From NCBI GenBank assembly GCA_965112155.1, contig OZ218100.1: a stretch of DNA of 63,830 bases; one strand, given 5' to 3'. The notes below the pieces were generated by a model that saw nothing but the letters and a program-made list of their open reading frames with translations, made no database searches and was not told the origin of the DNA. Below, one piece after another: positions 1 through 11,973 of the stretch (position 1 is the stretch's first letter; each line of letters begins with the position of its first letter). The position numbers and the translations under genes are program-made. The DNA is from Podarcis liolepis. Lineage: Eukaryota.

Positions 1-582
1 ACAAAAGTATAGCTGCCTTATAGGTTTTCAGGTTAAAACATTTTGCATATGAGGTGCCACCACCAAAAAGGCATTTCCCCTGATTTCTAACCACCTAAGC
101 TTAGAAGGCAGGGGAACAGATCAGAACTCTCTTACTCCTTCTGACAAAATAGTTTTTCAAGCACTCTTTTTAAGACTGCAAAAGCAGCCTTGTATCCTAT
201 TTGACTGGAGAAATCATGTTGCAGATTTCCTGCAAGTGCTTGGCATATAGATACATTTATCAGAAATGCCCATAGAGACTCAGATCACTTTATAAAATAA
301 TGTTGAAAATGGAATTTCAGCTGTGAAACCTGAGCATCATTTTGTTCTAAGGCTATTCTTTAAAACAGTTGACAAAATTTACTTGTGATCATTGTCTCAA
401 AGCAGACATATTTTTTCATTCAACCACATTTTCATATATTTGTGTGTGCAAAATCTACCAGATTTGAAGTTACTTCATACATACAGAGTTGATGCTCAGA
501 GTCATAAGTGAAAGTTGCAGAAGTGGTTATTTAGCTAGTTAGATGTGTAAGAAAGCCAGTTCCCAAGCACATGTTTTTTACA

Positions 583-708
583 CAACAACAACAATTTATT
601 ACTTATACCCTGCCTATCTGGCTGGGTTCCCCCAGCCACTCTGGGAAGCTTCCAACAGAATATTAAAAACACAATAAAACATCAAACATTAAAAACTTCC
701 CTAAACAG
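583..708 (-). mobile_element. 3' end of an L2-type LINE/SINE (lizard type)
   Basis: Reverse strand reads ...gaagcttcccagagtggctgggggaacccagccagataggcagggtataagtaataaattgttgttg; a similar copy lies at 11658-11810. Confidence 0.55.
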
Positions 709-2160
709 ACTTTTGTACATTTGTGTTTAAAATTGTGGTTTGAGAAGCGGGCCTTATTTTATTTTTGGTGGATAAAAATAACATGAAGCCGATTTCCAAA
801 ACTGTATTCATTTTTTTGAAAAATAAGGTATACGTTTATTACAGATCAGTTGAACTAGAAGGGGCGGGGAGGAGGAGAGAAAATATTTGCCAGTAGCATA
901 TGGATAGCTCTGAAAGTATATCTAATGTACATAATAATCCAAATGGCCTCTTGCTGTGATAGAATCATAGCAATAAGAGTTCAGTACTAAAGCGTTTGAT
1001 TGTACCTGAGCTGGCTGGAGCCTGCCAGCCCCTGCCAGCCCACTGAGAGCATCTGTCTTGCCACCACCTTGCTCACACTGTGTCCTCCACAGGCTCTCAG
1101 ATTCTTTCGACTGTGAGCATAAATCATCCACCTGTCAGGAGATCTTGCTGCTTGGATTATGCAATGCCTGCCTTCATTTGGAGATGGCGTGAGCAGAAGA
1201 TTGCTGCAAATGGTTTGCATTCATTGTAATGCCATTCCAGCATTTCCCTAGCTTTAATGAGGGATCAGGATGGTGATGACTTTCTGAGACAATAGAAGCC
1301 TCAGCCAGCCTTGCTTTGTGTATTTGTATAGCCTACTTTAGAAGTCTTTCTTTTCCATTTTTGCCCCCTCTTTCTTTTATGTGAAGACATGAATGGCTTC
1401 AAAATTCAGGCAAAGAATTAAGTATTGCACAAAGCCAGCTGCCCACATTGCTCGATGTTTGCTGGTTATGTTACTTCCCTCTAGATAATCAATGATTTAT
1501 CCCCTTCCCCCTTTAAATCGGACAGTTTAATGTTGATTATCTATTCATGCTGTGCCTCTGGAACTGTGTAAATAGCAAGTTTGTTGCTTTCAGTTGTGCT
1601 TTGTTTAAAATTCCAGATTTGCAGTTTCTTTTGATGTGGACATACTGCTGGCAAATACGGAGAGTGACCCACATCTAAACCTCTGCAGGTGCTCTGATGT
1701 GCACATGGATCTTCCAGGAAGCAGGGGTTTCCCCAGTTGCTGCAGTGTTTAGAGACAGAGCTGTGTGCGCAGCGGATAGGCACCTGCACTGTAGTAAATA
1801 GGGAAGCCCCTTTGTACATGAGAAGGATATATGTTCAGTTGTGCACTGTTGTTTGCTTGGGGATCTCCGCTTTGAAGCTTCAAAATTTTCATTTATGCCC
1901 CTCTGTGTTTCAAAACGCAAGTATGTTTTTAACTAAGCAACAGTTAACATTTAAAAGAGCAAACTAAGACAAATTTCACGCATATGAACTACCCACTTTC
2001 TGTAAAGAGAGCCAATAAAGTGGTTCAGAATTACACTGTTTTGTGACTCATGCAATTTACAAAGAAGTGAAGTATTTGCTTGGGTTAATGTATAGTTTAG
2101 TGTGTTACAAATATCTTTTTAAATATCTTTAAAATGGATCATCTCAGCCAATGAGATGTA

Positions 2161-2406
2161 CAGTCATACCTCGGGTTGAAGTTGCTTCAGGTTGAGCGTT
2201 TTCGGGTTGCGCTCTACAGCAACCCAGAAGTAATGGAATGCGTTACTTCCAGGTTTCGCCGCTTGCGCATGCGCAGACGGTCAAAATGACGTCACTCACA
2301 TGCGCAGAAGTGGTGAATCACGACCCACGCACGTGCAGACATGGGTCGCTTCGGGATGCGAACAGGGCTCCGGAACGGATCCCATTCGTATCCAGAGGTA
2401 CCACTG
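2161..2406. mobile_element. Tc1-mariner/pogo(Tigger)-like MITE, family C
   Basis: TA|CAGTCATACCTCGGGTTG ... GAGGTACCACTG|TA; homologous, in opposite orientation, to 32801-33031. Confidence 0.85.
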
Positions 2407-2563
2407 TATCAGGTTTTTGAGATATGGGGAAAGTAGACTTTTCTTAATCTGAAATACCTTATTTTTTGTCTGGGGTGGCAAATGGCTAACTTGTTTCCTA
2501 TGATGTTTTGTGTTGCATCTCTTAATGAAAAGTAAGTAGTCTCTCTAAACTTGACTAGTGTAT

Positions 2564-2706
2564 ACAATTATAGAACTGTAGAGTCAAAGAGACCCCGGGG
2601 ATCATCTAGCCCAACCCTCTGCAGTGCAGGAATAAGCAGCTGTCCCATATGGGGATTGAACCTGCAAGCTTGGCATTATCAGCACCACGCTGTAACCAAT
2701 AGGACT
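2564..2706 (-). mobile_element. tRNA-Ile-like head + CR1-tail SINE
   Basis: Reverse strand: ttggttacagcgtggtgctgataatgccaag..gcaggttcaatccccatatggg (tRNA-Ile-like with B box) followed by ttcctgcactgcagagggttgggctagatgatccc...ctctacagttctata (CR1 3' end). Confidence 0.75.
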
Positions 2707-2966
2707 CAGTGTCCACAGTGACCTATTCCTTCTCCCAACAACACAAGGATTCAACATTTGAGTTAGAAACACTACAGGCCATCACTGAGCAAATATAATA
2801 CTATTAAAATACATATTCATATTTTTAAGAAGAAGAAATACATGCACGTTGACCTTATGACACAAAGTAGGGGATTCCTTTGTTGCTACCCTTAGGGATA
2901 ACCAAACTGGAATTTGGAAACCATACAATTACAGTGAAGCTTTTTCTCTTTCCTTCATGCTGCTGG

Positions 2967-3679
2967 CAGGGGCGCCGACTTGCCCCTCACATTGAGGGGG
3001 CGTGACCATGTGATGTGTCATGTGACACCGCCGGGTGTGCACAGGGCATGCGGAGGGAGATCTTTGCACTTACCGTATTTTTTGCTCTATAAGACGCACC
3101 AGACCATAAGACGCACCTAGTTTTTGGCGGAGGAAAACAAGGAAAAACAATATTCTGAATCTCAGAAGCCAGAACAGCAAGAGGGATCACTGCTCAGCGA
3201 TCTCTCTTGCTGTTCTGGCTTCTGGGATAGCTGTGCAGCCTGTATTCGCTCCATAAGACGCACACACATTTCCCCTTACTTTTTGGGAGGGAAAAAGTGA
3301 GTCTTATAGAGCAAAAAATATGGTACTTGTCCCAGCCGCCGCCCGGCTCTTGAGCTGCTGGGCAGATGCTGGGACGAGCAAAGATCTCGCTCATCCCAGC
3401 CACCACCTAGCTCCTGGGTGGGGGCTGGGGTGCACAAGGTGCTCCCACCAGCTCAGGGTGTGGTGGCCCCCTCAGTATTGGAGCCCTGCCCCATGCCCCA
3501 AAAGCCCCCTCTGCCCTCCATACAAGGTGGCTGCTGTCCACCTTGTAGAACAGAAGCAAGGAGGCAGGGGAGGGGAAGAAAAATAGAGAAATGGATGGGT
3601 AGGCAATAGAAGTGTAATCTGTAAAATGTTGAGGTTTTGAAGGGGACATAGCTCCAGCAGCTCTAAAATGCAGCACCTG
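2967..3679. mobile_element. Old GC-rich non-autonomous DNA element (hAT-like) hosting the 3073 MITE
   Basis: CAGGGGCGCCGACTT start, ...GCAGCACCTG end, GC-rich interior; no clear TSD. Confidence 0.35.
3073..3323. mobile_element. Tc2/pogo-like MITE, family D, with internal hairpin
   Basis: TA|CCGTATTTTTTGCTCTATAAGAC ... GTCTTATAGAGCAAAAAATATGG|TA; internal inverted repeat cagaagccagaacagcaagag..ctcttgctgttctggcttctg. Confidence 0.9.
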
Positions 3680-6600
3680 CACCAACATCTGGATTGCTCA
3701 AACTAGATGGATCCAGAAGGGTGGGGTGGAGTGGAATGATATTCTTACTGAGTACAGAGCAGGCCAAGGTTCACCTTTCCAAAGGTTTCTTTGGTTCCTG
3801 GATGAAAGAGGCAATTACTGGGACTCTGAAGATCTGCTGAATGTGACAAAGTTGGTGGAGTAGTCCATTGAGGGGGAGAGGTTGTGTCTAAGCCCGTGAT
3901 TCAAGTGTGGAGTTGGTCTCCCTGAGGAAACAACAAGTATTCTGGGTATGTGGCATAACTGCTGTTTCCAACCCAGTTTTGTATTTGAGGCATGGATAAC
4001 TCCTGTGTTGTTTATGCTTTCCTTTCCATGTAGAAGGTGCTTGTTGTCTCCTGCTGGTCACTGCCTATTTCTGTGGGCAGTACTGGTCTTGATGGATCTT
4101 AGGTCTGACCAGGCATAAGGCAGCTAACTTAGAAATTAAATTGTTGGGATGGGCAGAGAAGGAAAATAAAAGGAAAAAGGAGTGCTCCAAAGGCTGATAC
4201 AAAAGAGATGTATGGGATATTAAGAGGATTGAGAAGTGATGGTAGTCAGTCTATGTTGAATAGGAGGAATGGAGGAACTGTGGTGATCAGTGTGTAACAC
4301 CATTGTTGGGGAGAAAGAAGTAAATTTAGAGGAGGATTGGGGTTCATAGTCCCATGCACATTTTTTTCAGGCAGCCCACACCTTTGAGCTCCTTATTACA
4401 GACTCTTCCTAGTAAGCGCAAACAAAATTCAGTAAATTTAAAACCTTAAAATCAGGAATATTATGAACTTGGTTTTCCTAGCACCATGAAACTGTTCTAT
4501 TTAAGAAATAACACACACAGTTTACCTTGTGGTAGTCAGTGATTTGCTTGATTAACATTGACACTTCTTGCTCAAAAATTTAATGTGACCATACAAAATC
4601 AAAAATTAATGCAGCTGATTTTCATCTTGTACATGTTGCCTCCCTGGTCAAACATACAACTCTTAGGAACAAAAGATATGTTTTTCTATTTTTCCTCTTT
4701 ATCACATTTTCTGATTCATACATACATTCCTTTACATGTAAATCCTACATGTTTGCTCTGGAGTAGGGTCCACTGAAATAACTGGAACTTCTTGGTACTG
4801 TATACGTGTATAGGATAGCAGCCTTCAATTACCTGTAATGGTTACGAGAGTGTTTTGATTATTATTTCCACAAGTCCAGCTGAAACCAACTATTGCTACA
4901 GCAAAGACAAACTCTTTCTATGCCCATACAAATATGTATTGGCATTAAATAAAAAGTTACACCGAGAACTGAGGAAATCCTGTAAATTGTCACCCTTGAT
5001 TTATTTCCTCTTTGTAATGACAGTCCTGGCCAGTCCTGATCATTGCACCAATGCACCGAGTGTCCCAGAACGATCTAAAAACCTTTCACAGATGGTCAGT
5101 GATATTGGCAGCAGCTAGACCGTGGACTGTATTGTACCATGGTCTGTACACCAGACATGAATCTTGACTTTACAGTGAAAAATGCTGCATATCTATAATG
5201 CCTATCTTTCGTTCCTTCTCAAGGGGATGAAATCTGTGCAGCATTGTGTTACTTAAAAAGGACAACACCAAAGAAGGGAGAATTTTAATATGAAAACAGT
5301 AAAGAATCTGACAAAAGAAATATGTAGACAGTGCTGTTTTTGCTTTGAGCTTTGTTTGCTTTTGATAACAAGCTAGCCTCCCATACCATTTTTGTCCTTC
5401 TTCATTGCTGCATTACCCCAGTTTTAGATAAAGATTTTAGAGAATTACCCTTGAGACCCCCCCTTTTTATTTTGATTTATCAGTACATTTCGAGGGGGGG
5501 GGGCTATTTAAAAAATCAGGAGAATTTGACCATGCATAAAGGCAACACAACACTGGCATAATCAGATGGCAGGGAAATCTCAGTGTTCTATCTATGAAGA
5601 AATTAGATTTATCATCAGGAAAAAAAGCATTCTCCTTTCATTTTCTGAAAGGTGCTTTTTGACAGACCCTTTGCAGTGGACGTCATGCTCACAAAACATG
5701 CTGTCACGGGGCTATTTGAATATGGTGACAGGCTCATTATCATGTTGCAGACAAGTGACAACACCACAGACTAGAAACGGACAGGCTTGCCAATCAGCTG
5801 TTGAAAGGATTGCTGTTGAAATAGAGCTTTTTTTGTTACAAGAACATTTGTACAAATTGACTACATTAATTCTTTTTTTATTATACATGCATACACTGTA
5901 GTTAGAGGGTCTGTCACTTTTTGCGTTATAAATCGCTGTTTTTGAAGGGTTTTTAGTCAAACAAAAAATTGGACATATGATATGGGGAGGAGTATTCTAT
6001 GCAGGAATTATATTGTGGAAATAATTTGTATATCTGGGAAAAGCACTGTTGGGATATACCTTAAGGGGAAAACAAGTTCACAGCGCTGCAGTTTGTGTAA
6101 TTTATAGAAAAATGTCAAGGAACTAATCTGCTGAAGCATCTTAAAAACTAGGAACAAAACGTTATAAAATGTGCAGTCTCATTTATATAATAATGTTGAA
6201 AGGATAAGGCTGCAATTTTATGCAGATTTTATTGCAAGTAATGCCTGTTGAATTCCATAGAACTTCCTTGTGAGTAGACATAGTTAGGATTGCATCTTTA
6301 TTCACGGTAGCAGGCAGTTAAACAAGACTATGGCTGCAATTCTCTGCAGCCTAAGTCTTGTCTAAGTATATCGTTGAACTCAGAAGTGCTTTTGAATAGT
6401 CTTGCATGAGACTGAATTGCAGATATTGCAAGTTCTAGCCTTTGCTAATTTAATGCAATGTTGTTTTTCTTATTCCAAAATGTTCTAGGTTTAGTTGAAT
6501 GAGCGTCTCCTAATTCACTGTGCTACCAGACTTGTAGCTTCTTCCGTCTGTCTGCCAATAGGTTTTTATACTGGTGTGCTAATGATGGGATATATCTGAG

Positions 6601-6940
6601 TGTGGTGGGTATCAACGTATATGTGAAGTTGGGGTTGATTGCTGCTGTGTGCATCACTTTTCACTTACCTATATTCCCAATTTTGTAAGACTCTTGCTAC
6701 CTTTTCATTTTTGTAAAGCAGAACCTTTTTTTAAAAAAGTCACAAAGTATTAAGGCTGCGTATTACGCATAGAATAAATGACTATCCTGTTTCTCAGAGA
6801 TATCAGTCCAAATGATTGATCAGCAGCAGGACTTTCTGTCTTTGGAACCTTCTCTTGGTTCATTTATTGAGAACAAATGCACTGCTATGAAGCTGAACCG
6901 CCTAATGTACAATGGGAGTTTGCCCTGGCATCCACTCCCC

Positions 6941-6970
6941 TCCTTCCTTCCTTCCTTCCTTCCTTCCTTC

Positions 6971-7011
<41 letters not shown>
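6941..7011. repeat. Compound microsatellite (TCCT)n(TCTT)n
   Basis: Directly visible. Confidence 0.95.
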
Positions 7012-7013
<2 letters not shown>

Positions 7014-7268
7014 AAAAAGGTTAGTCAGACTATGACAGGAAGGCACTTGCAGGTACTTTTGAAGTTGTTCATAAGAGGACCTACTGAAATATAATGCCTT
7101 TTGTTTTGAAGCCACTCATTTAGTGGCTCTCGGTGTCTCATACGAAGCAGTGTAGCATTAGCTGTTATGTTCTGAAGTATTATTCTACAGAGCCCTGGCT
7201 GATCCCTGTGCTCTGTGCTAGAAGCTTGAGTGTTAGCATTCCTGCTACTAATTCAACATTTGGGCAAC

Positions 7269-8565
7269 ATCACAGAATCAAAGAATCATATAATTGTAGA
7301 GTTGGAGTGGACTTCCAAGGTCATCTAGTCCAATCCCCTCAATGCAGGAATCCCAACTAGATCATTCATGGCAAGTGGCAGTCCAACCTCTGCTTAAAAA
7401 CCTCCCAGGAAGGAGAGTCCACCCTCTCTCATGGGAGAGAGATGTTGAACACCTCTTACCATCAGAAAGTTTGTCCTGATGTTTAATTGGAATCTCCTTT
7501 CTTGTAACTTGAATTCATTGGTTTGGGTCCTATCATCTGGAGCAGGGGAAGGCAAGTTTGCTCCATCCTCCGTGTGACAGTCCTTTAGATATCTGAAGGT
7601 GGTTACGGTACTTACTTTATTTCCTCTCTGTCTCTCCTTTACCAGGTTAAATATACTCAATTTCCTCAACCATTTCTCAAAAACCTTGGTTTCCAGACCC
7701 TTGATCATCTTGGGTGCCCTCCTCTGCACACGTTGCAATATGTCAATATCCTTATTAAATTGTGGTCCCCAGAACTGGACATAGGACTTCACCAAGGACA
7801 TAGGACTTCACCTTGATCGGGACATTATACTTCTGTTGATGCAGCCTAAAATACCATTAGCTTTTCTTTTTTGCTGCTGTTGCTGCTGCATCAGACTGTT
7901 GACATATTAAGCTTGTGGTCTACTAAGGACCCTAGACTCTTTTCACATATACTACTGGAAATCCCGGTGTTTCCCCTCTTATATTTGTACAGCTGGTTCT
8001 TCCAGCATAAATGTAGAACCTTACATTTGCCCCTATTGAAATTCATTTTGTTAGTTTGGGCCCAGTTCCCCAGTCAGTTAAGGTCATACTGAATTCCGAT
8101 TCTGTCTTCAGCAGCATTGGCTACTCCTTCCTGTTTGGCATTTGATGAGCACCCCCTCAATAACTTATTCCAGTGCCGCCTTACTTGTCCAGGATGATGA
8201 GGAACCGTTAGTGAGCACTCTTTAGGGATCTACTACTTACTTGTTCTTCCTCTTGCTTTGAACATAGCCAAAGAAACATGTATTATTATTTTTAACCTCT
8301 CTTGCAAGCTTGAGTTCCTTCTGAGCTTTAATCCACTGGACCTTCTCCATGCTACTCATGTATACTCTTTCTTCATGATTTCCCATTCCATTTCTTATAC
8401 AGTCCCTTCTTACATCTCCTCATCTCATCTCATCTCATCTCATCTCATCTCTAACTCCTTATGCAACCATACCAGTTTCTTTAGGGGGTTACCATTTTTC
8501 TTTCTTGTTGGAATTGTATGCCTTTGTGCCTTCAGTATTTCACCTTAAAAAAACACACTCCCATC
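7269..8565 (-). mobile_element. Degenerate CR1 LINE with internal deletions (3' end, RT and pre-RT parts)
   Basis: Degenerate octamer tail at 7269; minus-strand ORF 7394..7801 YVQFWGPQFNKDIDILQRVQRRAPKMIKGLE matches the CR1 ORF2 C-terminus; TIPTRKK-like pre-RT segment near 8500; (CATCT)n at 8419-8450 inside. Confidence 0.9.
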
Positions 8566-8599
8566 TTCTTAAATCCCAGAGTGCATGTCTGACTACACT

Positions 8600-8705
8600 C
8601 AGCTTTCCCTTGCCTGTGTATGATCTTGTTGAGATTCCTGCATCGCAAGGGTTGGACTAGATAACTCTCGAGGTTCCACAATTTTGTGGTTATAGGATTC
8701 TATAA
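8600..8705 (+). mobile_element. CR1 3' tip
   Basis: gagattcctgcatcgcaagggttggactagataactctcgaggttcc...ggattctat. Confidence 0.65.
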
Positions 8706-9860
8706 GGGTTTGACTGCAGTCACAGAACTTTTCTCAAGTTTTGCACAACCTACTATTAGTGTTAGAAATGAAAACCCTGCACTCAACTGTCTTAATATCA
8801 GTGTCATGTGACCAAAGGTGCTGCCAGCCAGTTACAAATTCACTTTTTAAAACACTGGATCAAACAACAACTGTACCACTTTAAATGACAAACCTGTAAA
8901 GGCCCTAAGAGACTGAAGTACAAATCAGAAAGTCCCTGGTTTGAATTCTGCCTCAGTCATGAACTGTGACCTCCCTCCTTACAGTTTCCCCTTCTCTGTG
9001 CCCATGTGTGTATACAGTGGCCAACTTAGGATAACACTTTATGCGTCTCATGTGCTGGACTGTCACCCACAAAAGCTTATGCCACAATAAATGAGTTAGT
9101 CCTCCATGATTTTTGTTACCACAGGCTAAAAAGGTTACTCCTCTGGGAGGAAAATATTTTCCAAGCATTTTTGCTTCTGATTCTGCTTACCTCAAAATGA
9201 TACTAATAACAATCTTTAGGGGGGGGCCTGAACAGTGACAAAGGTTTATTTGAATTCAGATTATGCTCCATTTTAGCTTCACATTAAATGCAAGCTCAGT
9301 TTTACTATACAGCCCTTATTACAGTTTGGGTTAATAGCAGGAGCCACCACTGCTACAGTATGTCATAATTTTTATTTTTTTAAAAAAGATGATTACTGTC
9401 CCTTGACTTGCTGTCAAACTTTAATGGCTGTTGTATCTTGTACAAAATGTATGCATCAATTATTTTGCAGAACAGTATAAGCTGTACATTAATTTTCACA
9501 TAAAGTTTCTAACAATGTTGATTTCGATATAAAAATCTTTCTGGTAAAATATTCATGTCATTAATCATTAGTATTGGAAATCTGTGGAAATTTAGACACT
9601 GGTTTAAAAGTCTAGGACATGTAACATCTGAGGGCACAATCCACCAGGAATAACTTCTGCAAAGCCACGTTGAAATGAACATGACCTGTGCAAGACCATA
9701 TGTATGTATAAAATATATTGATAAGTAGAACATGCAATAAATTGTTGCAGAGCAGTGCACCTGTTCAGGGTGGCAGACAAGTTTTCCAAGCCCTATTCCA
9801 CATTAATCTGTTTCATTGCCCTCCCCGTACATTCAGCATTCTCTGGCAACTGAATATGAT

Positions 9861-10278
9861 TTCTTTGGTGATCACTTGTAACCAAGTGAGATTGTCTTCC
9901 ATAAACACGGTTTGAACAATGCGTCTGTAAGTGGCTGTGGAGGCCAATTCTGCATCCACGCGTCCTTTCACAGTGGGGACATTGGTTTCCAGGTGGGAGT
10001 TGATCATGGTGTGGATTTGCCAAGCATGCCTTCCTCTTAGCACGTTTCTCCCTTGCGTCCTGAGTTTGAGTGTCTTCAAAGCCCATGACACCTTTGGTAA
10101 AGGCTGTTCTCCAGTTGGAGCGCTCGCAAGCGTTTCCCAATTGTTGGTGTTTATACTACATTTTTTAAAAAGTTGCCTTGAGACAGTCTTTAAACCTCTT
10201 TTGTTGACCACCAGCATTACACTTTCCATTTTTAAGTGCTTTGGAATAGAGTAGTTGCTTTGGAAGACAATAATCACA
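9861..10278 (-). mobile_element. RTE-clade LINE 3' fragment
   Basis: Frameshifted minus-strand translation LPKQLLYSKALKNGKCNAGGQQKRFKDCLKA...NWETLA..RSNWRTAFTKGV...CPHCERTRGCRIGLHSHLQTHC (RTE C-terminal CCHH motif), then a short 3' UTR. Confidence 0.88.
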
Positions 10279-10692
10279 ACATGACCCCATTGAACTGGGG
10301 TTTGGGGGTGTCCCCTGTATGTTTCCCCACAAGGCTTCTTCTATGCAACTTGGAGTTTTTTCTGTTGTTTCTTTAGTGACACTGTTTTGTCTGAAGCCTT
10401 GTTGACACATTGTAGCTGAGTTTGCTGTTAAGAGGGTGTGGTTTATACAGAATATAGCACAGGGTATCCCAGAAAAATCACACTGAAAATTACATAAGCA
10501 GTCTCAAAGGAATTTCCACTCCCAAGTATTTGCATATCACCACAAATTTAGCAGTAACTCATTTAACACTATTCTTAGTTGTTTAATTGTCTACCTTGTT
10601 GATCAGTTTACCCTCAAATAAATTTGCATTCTGCAATAATGTATTTGCTGGGTTTTGTTCTGTTTTGAGAAAGTGAAACAAGGGAGAGAATA

Positions 10693-11048
10693 CAGTGGTG
10701 CCTCGCAAGACGAAATTAATTCGTTCTGCGAGTTTTGTCGTCTTGCGATTTTTTTTCGTCTTGCGAAGCACGGTGTCGGGAAAGTTTTGGAAAAGCTTCA
10801 AAAATCACCAAAGTCTTTAAAAACCTCAAAAAAGGCTACCACACCGCGTTCTATGAGTTGCTCCTCGAAGTCAAGTCGCAACTGTATTAACGGTGTTAAG
10901 AAAAAGGAAACAAACTTGCAAGACGTTTCCGTCTTGCGAAGCAAGCCCATAGGGAAAATCGTCTTGCAAAGCAGCTCAAAAAACAAAAAACCCTTTCGTC
11001 TAGCGAGTTTTTTGTCTTGCGAGGCATTCGTCTTGCGAGGTACCACTG
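10693..11048. mobile_element. pogo/Tigger-like MITE, family A (CGCAAGACG motif)
   Basis: TA|CAGTGGTGCCTCGCAAGACGAA ... TTCGTCTTGCGAGGTACCACTG|TA; repeated CGTCTTGCG motifs. Confidence 0.93.
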
Positions 11049-11657
11049 TATATATAAAAAATAATTGCCGCTCATATTTTAAGGGAAAAGCCAACTACCG
11101 ATGCACACCAGAGGGTCAGAATAATTACGTGTGAGCTCTTCCTCCACTTTGCCTGAAAACCATTTGGGCTTTAGTGGCATTCCTATCAAACACTCAAAAA
11201 AACCTTGAGGACTTTTTTCAAGCTTTTAATAGGGAGGCTTGAAAAGCCCAGTCAGTTGAAGTCCAGTCATCCATCCGCTTTCTGATCCCTGCAGAATGAA
11301 AAACAAAAAACAAAACACCCTTATCTTGGGAAAGGGGGAAGGAAAAATAGGAAATGGTGACATCTCACTTCCAAACATGAGAGGCTATGAAAGGCATTAT
11401 CTAATCTGGTAAAGATGCATGGAGCGTCATTTCCTGCCAGAGTCTTCAGACTTTTAGGTTCCTTGCCTTTCAAGGTAAGTGATTGCTAGCGAGGGCTGTG
11501 TAGAAGTCAAACCAGAGTAGAAGCCCAGACTAAATGTGGCTAGTGGTGACTTGAACTGGTGCCAAACTTTTTAGGCAGAAGAAGTTCACATTTCAAGTTC
11601 CCCACACCCTGAGTCTTGCAACATTTCTTCAATGAAAGTGGGGAAGTCCTTTCCCAT

Positions 11658-11973
11658 TATTATTATTATTATTTATTAATTATTATACTCCACCCATCTG
11701 ACTGGGTTGCTGCAGCCGCTCTGGGTGGCTTTCAGAATATATAAAAACATAATAAAACATTAAAAAAGAAAAAGAAAAGAAAAAGAAAAATGTCTTCTAA
11801 AATTTGCGTAGTTACTATTGAGGGTTGTATAATTCCATACCCTCCAGCATTTCTCTGATGAAAATAGGGACATCCTCAGGAAAAGCGGGACATTCCTGCA
11901 TCAAATCAGAAACCATTACAGCTTCTGTAAATCTGGGACTGTCCCTGGAAAATAGGGACACTTGGAGGGTCTG
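11658..11973 (-). mobile_element. L2-type 3' end joined to a short hAT-like MITE (11836-11973)
   Basis: (ATT)n tail plus the cagccgctctgggtggc motif shared with 583-708; TIR-like CATACCCTCCA / TGGAGGGTCTG with repeated AATAGGGACA. Confidence 0.55.

Noticed and set aside
8078-8086. ERR response elements TNAAGGTCA (also 35421-35429 and 47548-47556) as autoregulatory sites
   Set aside because: About two are expected by chance in 64 kb on both strands, and two of the three lie in TEs.
10655-11134. Recurring peptides such as VVPRKTNASQDEKLARRK and FVLRGTTV in many ORFs
   Set aside because: Translations of family A MITE ends, not a protein family.
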